A DNA stretch of 64,000 nucleotides, taken from Haplodiscus bocki (taxonomy: Eukaryota). Location of the stretch: NCBI GenBank assembly GCA_965655095.1, contig OZ296650.1:108128001-108192000 (forward strand), given 5' to 3'. This document shows positions 12,253 through 24,300 of the stretch, in pieces. Under the pieces are notes generated by a model. It saw nothing but the letters and a program-made list of their open reading frames with translations, had not been told where the DNA came from and did no database searches. Position 1 is the first letter of the stretch; every line of letters starts with the position of its first letter. A program made the position numbers and the translations under genes.

Positions 12253-12579
12253 ATTAGTACGGATATATTTGACGTCGCCGATTTGACGCGGGGGGGGGGG
12301 GAGGAGGGAGGGGGCGTGGGTTGAATATTCAACAACTACATCTACCAAAACTTCGGCTGAGCCTGCATACGGCTCGTTTAAATCCGTTGGTTGGAGGTCC
12401 TATCCACTGGGACACCGAACCATCATACTTAGCCATTGAAGTTGTTTATTTTGTGTCAAGTATACGAACAAACTTTCAGCTACAATGACAGAAAAACAGT
12501 TTGAAATGGTTCAAGTTTTCCTGGCTATTTTTCAAACTCTTGCCCTGGCATTTTGTGTTTTGGGACCATAATTACTACT
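12253..12579 (+). repeat. Second copy, direct orientation, of the AGTAGT terminal unit, ending ACTACT
   Basis: tagtacggatatatttgacgtcgccgatttgacg+G-run+gggttga matches tagtatggacataaatgacgtcgccgacttcacg+G-run+gggttga at 2106-2156. Followed by a degenerate minus-strand A box. Confidence 0.7.
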
Positions 12580-14060
12580 TCGTGTCAAAGATTCTTCCAA
12601 CGAGTATTCCAGTGCTTACTTGGAATTTACAGACATTAGCTGTTCCGACAACTGTAAAGGTTATTGCTTGAAGGAGGGAATCTGTTTCTATTCCGAAGAC
12701 GCCGAATGTCAAAGCATTTAACATTCCATTGCAAAGGGGTATACGGCGCACAAAGATGTGACACATATAAATGGAGAAAGGTTTTTGAGTTCTATTTCGA
12801 ATGCTCGGTGAAGTTGCAGAGGTTGGAAGAGGAACAACTAGTTTCCCGACAAATTTACAGTAGAGGCCACGGAATAAAAATCTCAAAAATATTTTCCCTT
12901 CATTCTCATGTTGCTTTTTTAGTGTTTCATGTGGAATTACTTATGAACGGGCAACATCCGAACATTAGTCTTGTGAAAAGACACTTGCTACGAACGACTT
13001 TAAATTCTCTTGAAAACTTTTCAAACACAAGTGGAGAAAAATCGCGATCAGTAACAAAATCATCCCAGCCGCTTGTCAGCAACTTTCGTAAGCGATTGGC
13101 CACGTCAACTATAGATGCACCCAGTCCGATCATTAGTCATCCAGAAAAACACTTCAACGAACGACACAAGAAAAAAGTCGCTTCGGTTCATCAAACAGAA
13201 CTTAATATTTCGCAACCGAAATTGAAAAGATACAATCAAAGCTCGTGATAAGCCCATTGCCTGGGTAGTTGAATCAGCATACACTCCGATTAGTAGCGAT
13301 CAAGAAAAACACTTTTAACTAAGGACACAAAAAAAACATCTTCGATTTTTCAAACATAAGTTAAAAAGTTCGCACAAGAAGAGGCAGAGTAAGACAATCA
13401 TGACTGATTGGCCGCCAAAACTCACGTCAGCGAAAATTCGATTCGGTATTTTATAGATCCAATCAGACCAGTAGTCACCAAGAAAAACACTTTTAACGAA
13501 CTATGCAACTGAAAGCATGGTTAAAAGTTTTGAATTACAAATTAAATTTTTTCGACCTAAAAATTTGAGACCCTGCCCCTCAACAGTACCCCTATGTCCC
13601 AAAAAACAAACCAGTGCAGGTTGGACCCAGTGCGACCCATAGCTTTCAACAATAAAATCACTTTTCACGAAAGACAACTAAAATACTGTTCGACTTAATA
13701 ATTGGATAATATGCAGAAATTTCAAACAAAACCGCTGTAGTTCATCTGGCCGCGTGAAGTAATTTTGGAATACCCAGGACGCTGCATGAACATATTTGCA
13801 ACAAATCGAGAGAGCATGAACAAACTTTGAGCGATTGTGAATTTCACAGAATCTCCGCGTTGGAGAAGCACGAAAAAAAAGCAGTCCCTAATACGCTTCG
13901 CTTGCTCGCTCGTGTAAAAATTCTGAAATCTGGAAAGTTTTGGTAATCAGATGTATACCAAGTGTATTCTACATACAGGTATCGGCAGACCATAAGTATT
14001 TTATGCTGGGCGTATACATGAAGCTCAGTTCACCACCAAGTATTTGAAAATTTCACTCAC

Positions 14061-14468
14061 CGAGAATATTCTGAATGATGGCAGTGCATTCTTTCACGAA
14101 AGCCTTCAAAGGACCTTTCACAAACAACAGCCCCGTCAAAATTCCTGCCAGGTGACCAACGAAAGACGCGTTTGGAACCAGAATTTGTATCAAAACCAGT
14201 TCCACCCAGAAAGCCATTCGTACGGGCACAGTTAGAAACATCACCCTAGTGTAACTGCCTTGTGTGGAGTCGTAATAAGACAGCAAAACTTTGAAAGCAA
14301 ATAGCACTCCGGAAAACCCGACAGCACATTGCGAGAGATAAAACCCATCGTCCATGATTTCACTTGCGGCGAACGAGAGAGCCACAGTCAGAACTGTTGA
14401 GACTATACAAAATGTGACAAGTGTGACTGCGAAACGTATCGGACCAAATCTGTTTTCCAGCTTGCTAC
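14061..14468 (-). CDS. RHBDD1: RHBDD1 coding exon 3 (catalytic Ser and His)
   Basis: Acceptor atcttag, phase 1 consistent with exon 2. Contains CAVGFSGVLF (GxSG serine) and ASFVGHLAGIL (catalytic His). Ends at donor G|GTGAGT (14060), phase 1. Confidence 0.93.
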
Positions 14469-14748
14469 CTAAGATGGTAAATGATAGATTGTATGTCATT
14501 CGCATGACAGCATTTTATGAAGCAATTCTATAAAAAATTGAATGTTAATGGAATGAAGGGCTCGATTGCTACGATTTTATGCACAATAAAAAGCGTCCTC
14601 CATAATTCATCAAGAAGTCAACAAAATTAGTTTTTTTTTGATAAATCTGCGATATAGAAAATGGGATTTGCAGTCGAATCTCGCCTTCTGGGAAAAATCA
14701 TTTCATAGCATTATTTTTTTAACGCGTGTCAGTTAACATCTGAGTGAC

Positions 14749-14848
14749 CTTTCCAGATTAAGCTACTCATGTTGTAGTACAAGTGAATGTCTGAGCCGTG
14801 ATACCAAGGAGCCAGAAACAGTCTTCTCCATTCTTTCAAATGCCAAAC
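14749..14848 (-). CDS. RHBDD1: RHBDD1 coding exon 2 (WR motif, HxxxxHxxxN)
   Basis: Not in the ORF track. Acceptor ttgacag; translates VWHLKEWRRLFLAPWYHGSDIHLYYNMSSLIWKG (rhomboid L1 WR motif and TM2 HLYYNM). Donor AAG|GTCACT, phase 1. Confidence 0.9.
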
Positions 14849-15583
14849 CTGTCAACAACATTTAGGATCACAAAGTTGTGGAAATATTCCTTGAAAAGCT
14901 GCATTCATTTGACGGTTTCCTCTTTATTCTATTTTCATACAGATCATGCGAAAAAATTTCTTTTCATCACAAAACTTTTCTGATTCATCATAATTTGGCT
15001 AACCACAGTGAACCAGTTGAACGAAAAAATTTTGTAAAATAATCGATTTCCGCTAATCGAAAATTCTTCTCGATACGGGCATACTTTCTTCGATTTTGAA
15101 GGAATATTGGATTAAACGAAGATAGGTAGAAAGCGTTTCCGTCCTATCCTTTCTATGTCAGAATAATTTCGCTCGATATCTATTGACAAATTTTTAAAAT
15201 CCAATAAATTGAGGGGGTTTTTCTCCTTAGTAGGAGCAAATTTGTCAATGCACCTACATAAGCAGAGAATAAAAATGTCAACTTAAATTCGCCGGACATG
15301 GTTTAAAAAGTTATTGTAACTGACGTGCGCCTTTCAAACTGATAAAACTTTGCCTTGTAATTTCATGAAGCCGTTACTCCAAGTTTTTTTTGGAATCGTA
15401 CGAGTATGCCATGAGTTTTGGAGTTGAAGTTGAAGAGGCGCAGTATTTGATAGCAATTCGAGGAAAACCGATTAGTTTACCCGTTTATGATTACCCCCTA
15501 AGAATTTGCTGGTTTTCCACTTGACATGTCCTCGAAAAGTGTTGTGGCGGCAGATCATTGTTTTTGTCAATTGGGGAACTTAC

Positions 15584-15811
15584 ATTTGTAAAGCTGATGC
15601 AAACATCATGAAGAGGCAGAATTAGATTTGGAGGAAAGTGTAGAAATATTGCGCAATTCAAGCATAGTGTAATTAAAGTGATCAATGGGATGTTGTCGAC
15701 ACCAAACTGCAAAATTTGTATGCCCAGAAGGAATAGACCCAGGTTGCCGCCACCCCTCTGTCTATGGGTACGATGATGGGTGACACCTCTGAACCCTCGG
15801 GAGCGAAACAT
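15584..15811 (-). CDS. RHBDD1: Rhomboid-related protein 4 (RHBDD1/RHBDL4), coding exon 1 of 4
   Basis: ATG at 15811; MFRSRGFRG...GGGNLGLFLLGIQILQFGVDNIPLITLITLCLN...VCISFTN matches the RHBDD1 N-terminus pattern. Ends at donor GTAAGT (15583-15578), phase 0. Confidence 0.9.
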
Positions 15812-16004
15812 TTGGGGGTATCGAAGTTACATGCGCTGCTAAAGTCAGTTAGATTCTGAAAGATGATTTCGTTCTCTCAGGGTGAGCCCGAATTGGCCAC
15901 CAGACCAGTAAAATCACATGATACGGTTTGAACTCGCAAACGAATTGGAGAAGTGGAACTTCGCAACACTTTCTTACTTGTCAGTTCAGACAACGGCTCC
16001 CAAA

Positions 16005-16345
16005 CAACATTTGAAACCATGATTAGAGTTGATTGACACTTTTGAAAATACACCAGCTGTCAATCGAAAGTTAGCTAGCAAAAATCAAATTGAGACAAAT
16101 TCCTGCCAAACTGTCACACTCAAAAAAATTGCTGTGACAATCATGTCTTTTCAGGTTACGCCAATTTACTGCCCAAAGTTTAGGAAGTTTGCACAGTAAA
16201 AAACGCGAACTGAATAAGTACATGCCAAGAAGAGTCGTGTTTAACCGTTTACACTAGGTGAATAGACTCTCTGATGACGTCAAAAAATGCCAGTTTTGGA
16301 CAAGATAAAAACAAAGCATAAATCGGTTTCCAATTCACACTCTTG
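16005..16345 (+). repeat. Dispersed repeat, also present at ~37508-38320 and partly at ~24081-24175
   Basis: ctctgatgacgtcaaaaaatgc.agttttggacaagataaaaac is shared with 38245-38290. acatttgaa...gattga.act...tacacc is shared with 24082 and 37508. Confidence 0.7.
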
Positions 16346-17469
16346 TTTCTGGTCAGACTGTGTGAAAATAATTGACTGATTGATCCATATAGTGGCCCGA
16401 AAATTCAGTTGAAAACAGGCATCAAGGATGCCATTTGAATAATGTTCGAATATAGCACTTTTAAAATGAGTACAAGTGCTACATTCAGTACATGTCAATA
16501 AAGTGAAGAAGCCGGTTAAGTTTTTCACTCATTTACCTGCATTTTGATTGACTTCGAAGCGAAGAAAGAAATTCCTGGTTGAGCAAAGAAAGTAAATAAG
16601 TAGAAAAAAAATTATTCGCTTCACTTTATCGCTCAGCCGACAGTCACACAGCGTTGCGAAGTGCGAAGAAACATAGGCATCAGAGTTTCTAAGCATTACG
16701 CGCTAAGATTTTGGGATAGTGAGAAAAATGGAATTAGTGAATTTATCACAACGATTTGCGAAAAAACATGAGCTGGGCAAATTCAGCAAAAAAATTCAAT
16801 TACTTCGAACATTCAAAGCTTCGAAATTTCCCTAGCGTTTTGAAATTTGAAAATTTGCGACGTTTTCAATATTTGCAATTTTCGGCGCTTTGAGAATCAA
16901 CAATTTTTAGACACGATGAATGGTTATCATTTTGAAAAGGCTGAAAAATTGGTAATACGTGATTCAATCAATTGTACTTGATGGATGTACTTGAAATCGT
17001 ACAGTAAACAGTGAGAGTGGCGCCCGCTCTAGCTTGGGGAAGCGAAAGACTAAATAAAACGAACAAAAATAAATAGGATTCGTGCTTCACTCTATTACTC
17101 AGCTGGTCAGTTAACGCCAGCATTTGTGAAGAGAAAATTACAATCTATGGGCATTAATGCACAGTTTAATGCCTAAAAATTAAGACTTTCAAATTTACGT
17201 TTTTTTGCGTTGTATATTTTTTGTCACTCAATCGATCTTGTGTCAATCAACAATCTTTTTCATGATCAATGAAAATGATCTTTCTGAACCTATTGCAATT
17301 GCTAAGTGAAAATTCATTATTCGAATTAAAGTTTGTCCATTGCCTTTTGAACGGCTGCGAACCGCAAATGTATGAATAATAATTGATCGTAAGAGATGTT
17401 TAAGAGATAACATGTGCTGTCAAGGAGTGCTGTATGAACCAACTAATTGTAACACATCACCAAATAGGT

Positions 17470-17745
17470 CTAAGAAGCGGTTCCTGCAGTCACGGAACTA
17501 CAAATGACGTCACAAGCAAATTCTGACATCACGGACTGAAACTAACATTAGCACCGACCAAAAGACTTGAGGGGCCGGCATTACGTACGTCTGTATTTCT
17601 GTAGGGAAACGATTCCGACGGTCAGTGTATCAACACACGGTATGCGCACTGCATGCGTTAGGACGTTATTCCCAAAGAATTTACACGTAATGTTCGAGAC
17701 ACCATAACCGTTCCGAGCAGGCCCTGAAATTATTCCCGCCCCGTT
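17470..17745. promoter_or_regulatory. Candidate promoter/enhancer upstream of RHBDD1
   Basis: GC-richer patch with GGAACTACAAA, CRE TGACGTCA (17505-17512), NRF1-like TGCGCACTGCATGCG (17643-17657) and E2F/Sp-like TTCCCGCCCC (17733-17742). Confidence 0.3.
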
Positions 17746-17849
17746 TTGTCGTGAAAAGAACGAACTTTAAGTTACCAAATTTAAAGCCCAGACTAAAAGA
17801 AGGGCTGGACTCTTGAAAGGAATTGTATAGTAATCGTACACTATTCATT

Positions 17850-17913
17850 CTCTAGAGATCATAAAGTACAATTTTAATGAATAATAACCCTGTACCTTAT
17901 GATCTCTACAGAG
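17850..17913. other. Stem-loop: 18-bp stem with one mismatch, 20-nt loop
   Basis: tagagatcataaagtaca (17853-17870) is the reverse complement (17/18) of tgtaccttatgatctcta (17891-17908). Confidence 0.7.
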
Positions 17914-20900
17914 CTTCTCAAAGATGATGCAACTCCATGGCGATTTTTGGGGCCAGCTTCAACAAGGAAGTTCTAACCCGCCAAAGTGATTCTATTTTTT
18001 CCAAGAAATCTTTTCACCCAATTTTCCTGTTGCATGGAAGCATTCACTTTGGAAAAAAAATCTTGTTGAGAACATGGAATTTTATAGAAAGCTCGAATAT
18101 TGACATTTTCAATGTTTTCGAGTTTCATTTGATACTGTCCAAATATTTTTTGACTCATGGGCGCAATAGCTGTCACTAAAGTTATACTAATTAAAATTAA
18201 TTGGCTTCATAACAGACGAGGATTCGAAAAGCTAATGTTTCCGTGAATATAACACATTTCAGCTAAAGGCACAGACTTGCAATGCTACAAGTCTTAAAAT
18301 TGCACAAAAGTCTCGAAAAAAATTATTTTGGAGTTCACGCCATATCACCAATCGTAGGTTTGGTTGCATTTACCAGTCGATTTTTAAATACCAACGTTAA
18401 AATAACAGAAAACCAAAAGCAGGCAGCAAACACAATTCTAACAATCGAAAGTAAAATTTACCATCTGCATTTTAATCGAAAATTCATTTTAGGTAAATTC
18501 TATCTTTTAAGATTTTGAGCTTCGAATAGGCGCTTAGCAGAACGTGGATTGTGTCACTTTCGAACAATATTGTCGCCCATTCTCACGTCCTATCGCCTAT
18601 TCTCACGTCCCGGAAGATTTGAAGGTATTTTATTGAAGAGTTAGCAATAACATAAATAAATTGAAACTTCTTCCATTCATATTTGGCGTCGACTAATTGA
18701 CTCAAATATAAAACTCTGCATAGCAGGAAACAATAAAATACATATACTTGATCACCTTTTCAAATAAATTTAGCTTGCTTCTACTGACAAAAAAAAATAA
18801 TTAATGATTGTGACAATGATAAACAGGATTACAACTTTTTACTCAAATTTTCCGGCAGTAAACACGTGTTGGGTATCGTAGTTCTTTTTCAATGCGTAAA
18901 ACATTCACGCTCAAAACTTTCGAATCACGTTTTTCGCAAAAAAAATCAAATTGGTGCCACGGAGAATTTGTAATCCTGACAAGGCTAGAATTAGCTTCAT
19001 TTAGCAAAGACAAGGCACAACATAGTTAATCTGACGTCAGCGATGATTGCGTCATTCGGCACCTGACGTCAGCGATGAATGCATCACATTTAGCACCAAC
19101 CAAATATCCTGGAGCTTTCCAAGCACCACCACCTTCCTATCCCACAAAAATTGATGTTGAAAAAAGTTTCGATCGGTTCCAGATGTCACTTAAATAAAAA
19201 GCAATGCACCAAAATATTTCACATTACTATGATTTTCATACTCATTTTCAAGGAATTAAGGATAAAAAATCCGGAAACATTTTTGTGGAGTTTGGGCATT
19301 AAGTTTTCCAATTTATTAACAAATTTTATACTTTGGCCCAATGAATGTGTTCAAGTAATTTGTTCTTGTGCAGCTAATATATCGACCAGCATAATACACG
19401 ATACATCGAAGCCCGTCCCGAAGGAAGTAAAATCAATAATTTGAACCAATGAATAGTCACAACTTGAGATTCTTGCACGGAGTTTCATATAGTCATTGCG
19501 CATTTGATTAAATGATAAATTAATTACGTTATGGCAATGTGTTTTTTTTTTTCAGAAAGTGAGAGTTTTGTGACAATATTAACTTCACAAAAACGAGGCA
19601 CTTTGTAAAAACGATCTGGAAGTACGATCTGGATTATGCTGCTTTAAAAAGAACTAATCTGTTGATGATCCCAAATTTGAATGTTCGAAAGGAAATTCTG
19701 CTGTCAAACAAGATACCAAATTTGAATTACAGAAAATATTCGAATGGTAGAAGTGCTGCATTTTATAAAACTGGCCGGTATCTGCAGAAATTCCAATAAA
19801 CAAACTTCGGCAGATTAAACACGAAGACTTTTGTGATAGTTTTGAAGCTACAAGCAAACTTGCACCGGGCCCTGCGAACATTCCCTCAACTCGCTTTAAC
19901 TGCACTCATTGATGACTAATATACGTACATCGATTACCAGTGGTTTCATACCTCATGTTTTTAGCCGGCGATTTTACAAGAAAGTGCCTGATTAATGAAA
20001 TGGGTTTTGTTTTTTTCCGCGGCTTTGACGACGAATTGTTCAAAGTGTTAGGGGACTAACTTTTAGGGTACCCAACTGATTTCAGAACCAAGATTACAGC
20101 CAGAACGCGAAACAAATGTTTATACGGTCCGAAATTTTTTCGTGATACGCCCCTTGAATATATCAAAAAACTTTCGGCAAAAGCATATACCAAAGATGCT
20201 TCAACTAACGAATTTCTCATTCTCAGACAGTGTATATTGCACCAAAGACCCCTCCCAACTTTCAATTTTTCAACATCTCCGAAAAACAGCCGCCCAAAAC
20301 GGATTGGACTCCGGAAAATTTTTGGCATAACCATAGGGTCCCCAAACCGTTATTCCGTTTTTCGGCGAATTGGGATAAATGAATTCAAAGTGTTCCTGGG
20401 TTTACTCTTTTTGAATTATTCTGACTGGGGAACAAGAGAAAAACAATTTTTTTATTTGTGCGCCCTCGCTGCTACTATGATGGTGTGTATGGTCCATCCT
20501 GTACTCACACGCAGCTTTGCGGCGTTTTGACAAAAATTTTATCAAATATCGCACGAAATTCCTCATTTCAGACGAAGACGCAAAATGTCGTTCGAAAAAG
20601 CGTCAAAAAACCCAAAAACAGAGTAACACTAAAAGAACTAAATGTGACATATTTTCACCAGATAAAAGTCACTATACCAATTTTTTGTTAGCAAAGCCAC
20701 AATTTTGCAAAAACAATGAACTCTGCTTATTTTGGTTTTTAAGGGCCGCGCCGAGTTGTTCCTCTTCTCGCTTCCTGTGGGTAGCGGATACCCGCTAATC
20801 CTGGATAACTCAACGACACCATTTTGAAGTATTACGTTTTCGTTGCTCCGATTATTAACTTTTAGCAAATTTTTGAGATGGTCATTTAATTTTTTCAACC

Positions 20901-21103
20901 AAAAAACTCAGTGATAGTCTTCTTCCAAAAACTCTTTCAAAAAAGGCAACTTATCAATTTTTGTTACTGAAGATTACTAAAAACGCACGGCATAGAATCC
21001 GGGTATATATTTCGCTTAGCACGTTTTTCAAAAATATCTGCCGCTTGCTGTCCTCTTTTAACCGCTTTTACTCTGGACGATGAAATCACTGATGGTTACA
21101 AAC

Positions 21104-21395
21104 TCAGCTGCGAAACCCATTCATGAGCAAATTGGGCACGGCCTGGAACGTGCCAGCTTTGGTGTTTTTCGACGAGAACATGGCACGGATGAAAAAGATT
21201 TGAGTGAGGGCTGATATGACCATGAGGATGGCGCACAAGACTGAGGCGTTGTTGATAAGACTGAAGTTGCTCTCCAGAAGAGTTCTGTCTCTCGCCTCTG
21301 TGCTCCTTCGAATTGCTTGGAACTGTCTGCACCTCGTCACGTCAGAACGCAACTTGTCGATGGCCGAGAAAATATCCGCTACCTTCATTTCCAGG
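21104..21395 (-). CDS. p24/TMED family protein, exon 3 (coiled coil, TM, cytosolic tail)
   Basis: Acceptor gatttcag, phase 2. RSTEARDRTLLESNFSLINNAS...QIFFIRAMF is the p24 E.RDR...E.N...Q...IR..F signature. Spliced CDS 199+199+292=690 nt = 229 aa. Confidence 0.92.
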
Positions 21396-24300
21396 CTGAA
21401 ATCAAACAAACCCCAAATCTGTTGTCATCCTTGAGGAAAAAGGTTGTCCTCCAAAAAACACTTCCATACGAAAATGTGTGCAGCGAAAAAAAGGAAACAC
21501 AGAGGTTCAAAAGTAACTTTATTTATCAAGATTCAAATAAAACATTTGATGGCCGCAATTAAATCGTTTAAAAAATTCCAATTCCGAAAAAAAATTAAAA
21601 GACAAAAGAAAAAAATGAATAAACAGCAAATCAAAATATCTCTGCTTTTCCTCAGAAAATTATAAAATTGGACATCCATGTGTCTTGTCAAAATTTGCAT
21701 TTTGCGGGGCTTTGAAAGAACACTGGACGATTGCATTCGGACCCTTAGGCTTCGATAAGAGGATTTCAAATCAAAAAGAACCAGTCGAAATAGTTCATGT
21801 AAAAATGGAACAAATGAACCGCGACATGTTTTCATTTGAGGCTTTTTCGAATGACAGCTGAATGGTCGGAATCCTACCGGTAGTCTTTGAGAAAAACAAC
21901 TTTACAAAAAGATGCAAATATAATTTTTTCAAATTGCAAAAAAAATCAGTCAAAATAATTCATGTGTGAGGTATCAGCGGTGTCAAATTGTATACGCCCA
22001 CTTCTTCGCAGATTCTCCATTCTTTTTGGGATAGAAGGCCGCAACCGAACTTGTAGTTTTTAGAAAAAACATTTTGAAATAAGATGAAAGCAAACATTTT
22101 CCAAATTTCGAACTACAAGTCGGGAAAATTTGCGCTGAAGGTATGAAACAGCAAAACTGGCTTTTACATAGATCATCATATTACCAACTTTTGAATACAG
22201 CCCAGATTACCGCAATCCAACACGTAAACTTCGAAAAAAAAATTGAAAAGTTGCCGGTAAAAGATTTTCAAAACAAAAATAGATCAAAATGTTTCAAGTG
22301 TAGAAAATGAACAACGGAAAAGAGACATTTCTCCTTCTGCACAAATTCTGCACCAAATTTCGGTCCTTTTAAAAGGCACTCGGTTGTTAGAATCCAACGT
22401 AAGTAAACCAAAAGACGCAAGAAGAATTTTTCGAGTTTCAAACCTATATTAGGCTGTAAAAGTACGAAATGAGGCAACCCTGCCACTGCGGAGGTTCCGT
22501 ATAATGCAGAATTTAGAATGAGCACCAGATAGCCACAATCTGACCAATAATATTTTGGAAAAACAAGACAAAAATTATTTTAATATCAATTCGCCTTTCA
22601 CCCAGTAATTTTCGCGAATAAAAAATGGGGAAAAGAAAAATTTTGCCTTCCTCAAGTTTATGCCTTTAAACGCGTTCCATTCTATAAAGGATGAATGCAG
22701 TCCAACGAATATTTGTGAAAAAAACACATAAGATTTTACAGTCAGACATCAGCAACAATCCAAAACTGTAGAGTTATACAATTATATTTGCGTAATGGTT
22801 CACTGCTTAGCGGTTTGTTCATGTTTCAATCACGCGCGAGCTGAGCAAACAACCAAATTTCCATTTGCGTAATAGTGAGCAGTTGAACAGCTGATGCGAG
22901 TTTTGAACGGATCGGATAATGTGTGACGACACTATTCCGTTACACTCGCTAGTCGCAAGTTGAACATAGGCGAGGCCGCTATTCGCATACACCTGCAGCA
23001 AAAAAGAGAAAAAGTATCGACCAACTGCCAACCGACGAAAAACGTCTAACTGATAGTGTTTTCGTTTCACTAAGAAGAAAAAATCTATTGTAAGGAAAAG
23101 GACAAAACATCTCTATGGAACAGGACGTTCCGGCTCTTTTAACGAGATCCTATGTTGCGGAATTTTGAAGGAGCCTTCGTTGACGGGAATCCGTATACTT
23201 TCAGAAAAATTTTCGTAGACTCAAAAAAATACCTTTCGCATCTCAAAAAACAAGTAGAAAAAACTCGCGCTAGGAATATGATACGTATAGAGCGAAGCAT
23301 ATCTGCTTTTCATTAAATTTAGAGTTTCAGCGGTGGTTGAAATAGCCAAGCCATTAGTCTTCGAGAAAATCAACTTGAAAACTTGACGTAAGTGAAAGTT
23401 TTCGAAACCCAGACACGCCAAAAAGTAGGGTCGAAGGTATATAACGGCTCCTTCATAACATCGCCAAGTATCAAGCTGTCCAATGGGCACCGCATGGACG
23501 CAATCTAACCAATTTTTCGGATAAAAAAATATAAAAAAGAACGCGAACTAAGAGTTTTTCGATTCCAAAAGTAAGTGAATTAGTTTCTCTGAAAAAATAC
23601 CAAAGGTGAAGTTCTTGCTTCTCCGTAGATTCTCAGTAGAAAAACTACCGTAAGTGTTAAGAGAAACAATAATGAACGACACATCTAAAATAACTTCCAT
23701 TTTTCCGGGACCAGATATTCCGGAAAGAATTCCAAACTGGAGAATAAACCAACCCGCCAGCTTGTCGGAAGCTCCTTGTAATGAGTCGTTTATTAGGCGC
23801 TGGATGGGCGCAACCCAACCAGTGGACATTGAGTAGAACATTTTTTAAGAGCGTAATTTAAAGCATCTCTAATTTATGCAGAAAAAAATTACAATATTTC
23901 GTGATAAGTTAAAAATGAACCATCAGGGTTGCTCGCAGGGAAATCCCAGCAGCGAGTAGTTGAATTAACACTAGATGGACCAAACACGATCCATAGTCAA
24001 TGAAAACACAGAGGCCAAGCCGAACTTCTCAAAACATTGACTTGTCACTAGAAAAAAATCACATATCAAAGGTCCTAAAAGACATTTGAAAACATAATCG
24101 GAGATTTGATTGATACTTCCAGAATTAATACACCGGCTGTCAGTCGAAAGTTTGATCGGAAAGTCGAATTAAGACAAGTAACTCGCAGTGCCACATGCTG
24201 AAACATTTCATCTGTCAATTATGCTTTTTAGTTTTCGCATTTTGCAGCCCAATGTTTTAGATGTCAACAAAAAACACCACGGAAAAAACAACACTAGGTG

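Larger units (their letters stand above)
2104..12579 (-). mobile_element. Decayed Polinton/Maverick (adintovirus-like) endogenous element inside RHBDD1 intron 3
   Basis: Collinear minus-strand pseudogenes for ATPase, rve integrase, minor capsid, core-like protein, major capsid and protease. Begins AGTAGT at 2104 and a related unit ends ACTACT at 12579. No pPolB recognised; no 6-bp TSD found. Confidence 0.8.

Noticed and set aside
12664-13248. 194-aa ORF in the RHBDD1 intron
   Set aside because: Non-ATG start, no recognisable domain or splice structure; probably chance or old repeat.
14469-14505. ATG start at 14505 of the 150-aa rhomboid ORF
   Set aside because: Intronic; the real exon starts at the acceptor at 14468 and upstream exons supply the N-terminal helices.
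17885-17910. miR-10/bantam identity for the hairpin arms
   Set aside because: Only seed-length matches (ACCCUGUA, GAGAUCA); the rest of the mature sequences does not match.
20056-20898. Cluster of overlapping short ORFs
   Set aside because: No coherent protein motifs; looks like a non-coding repeat.
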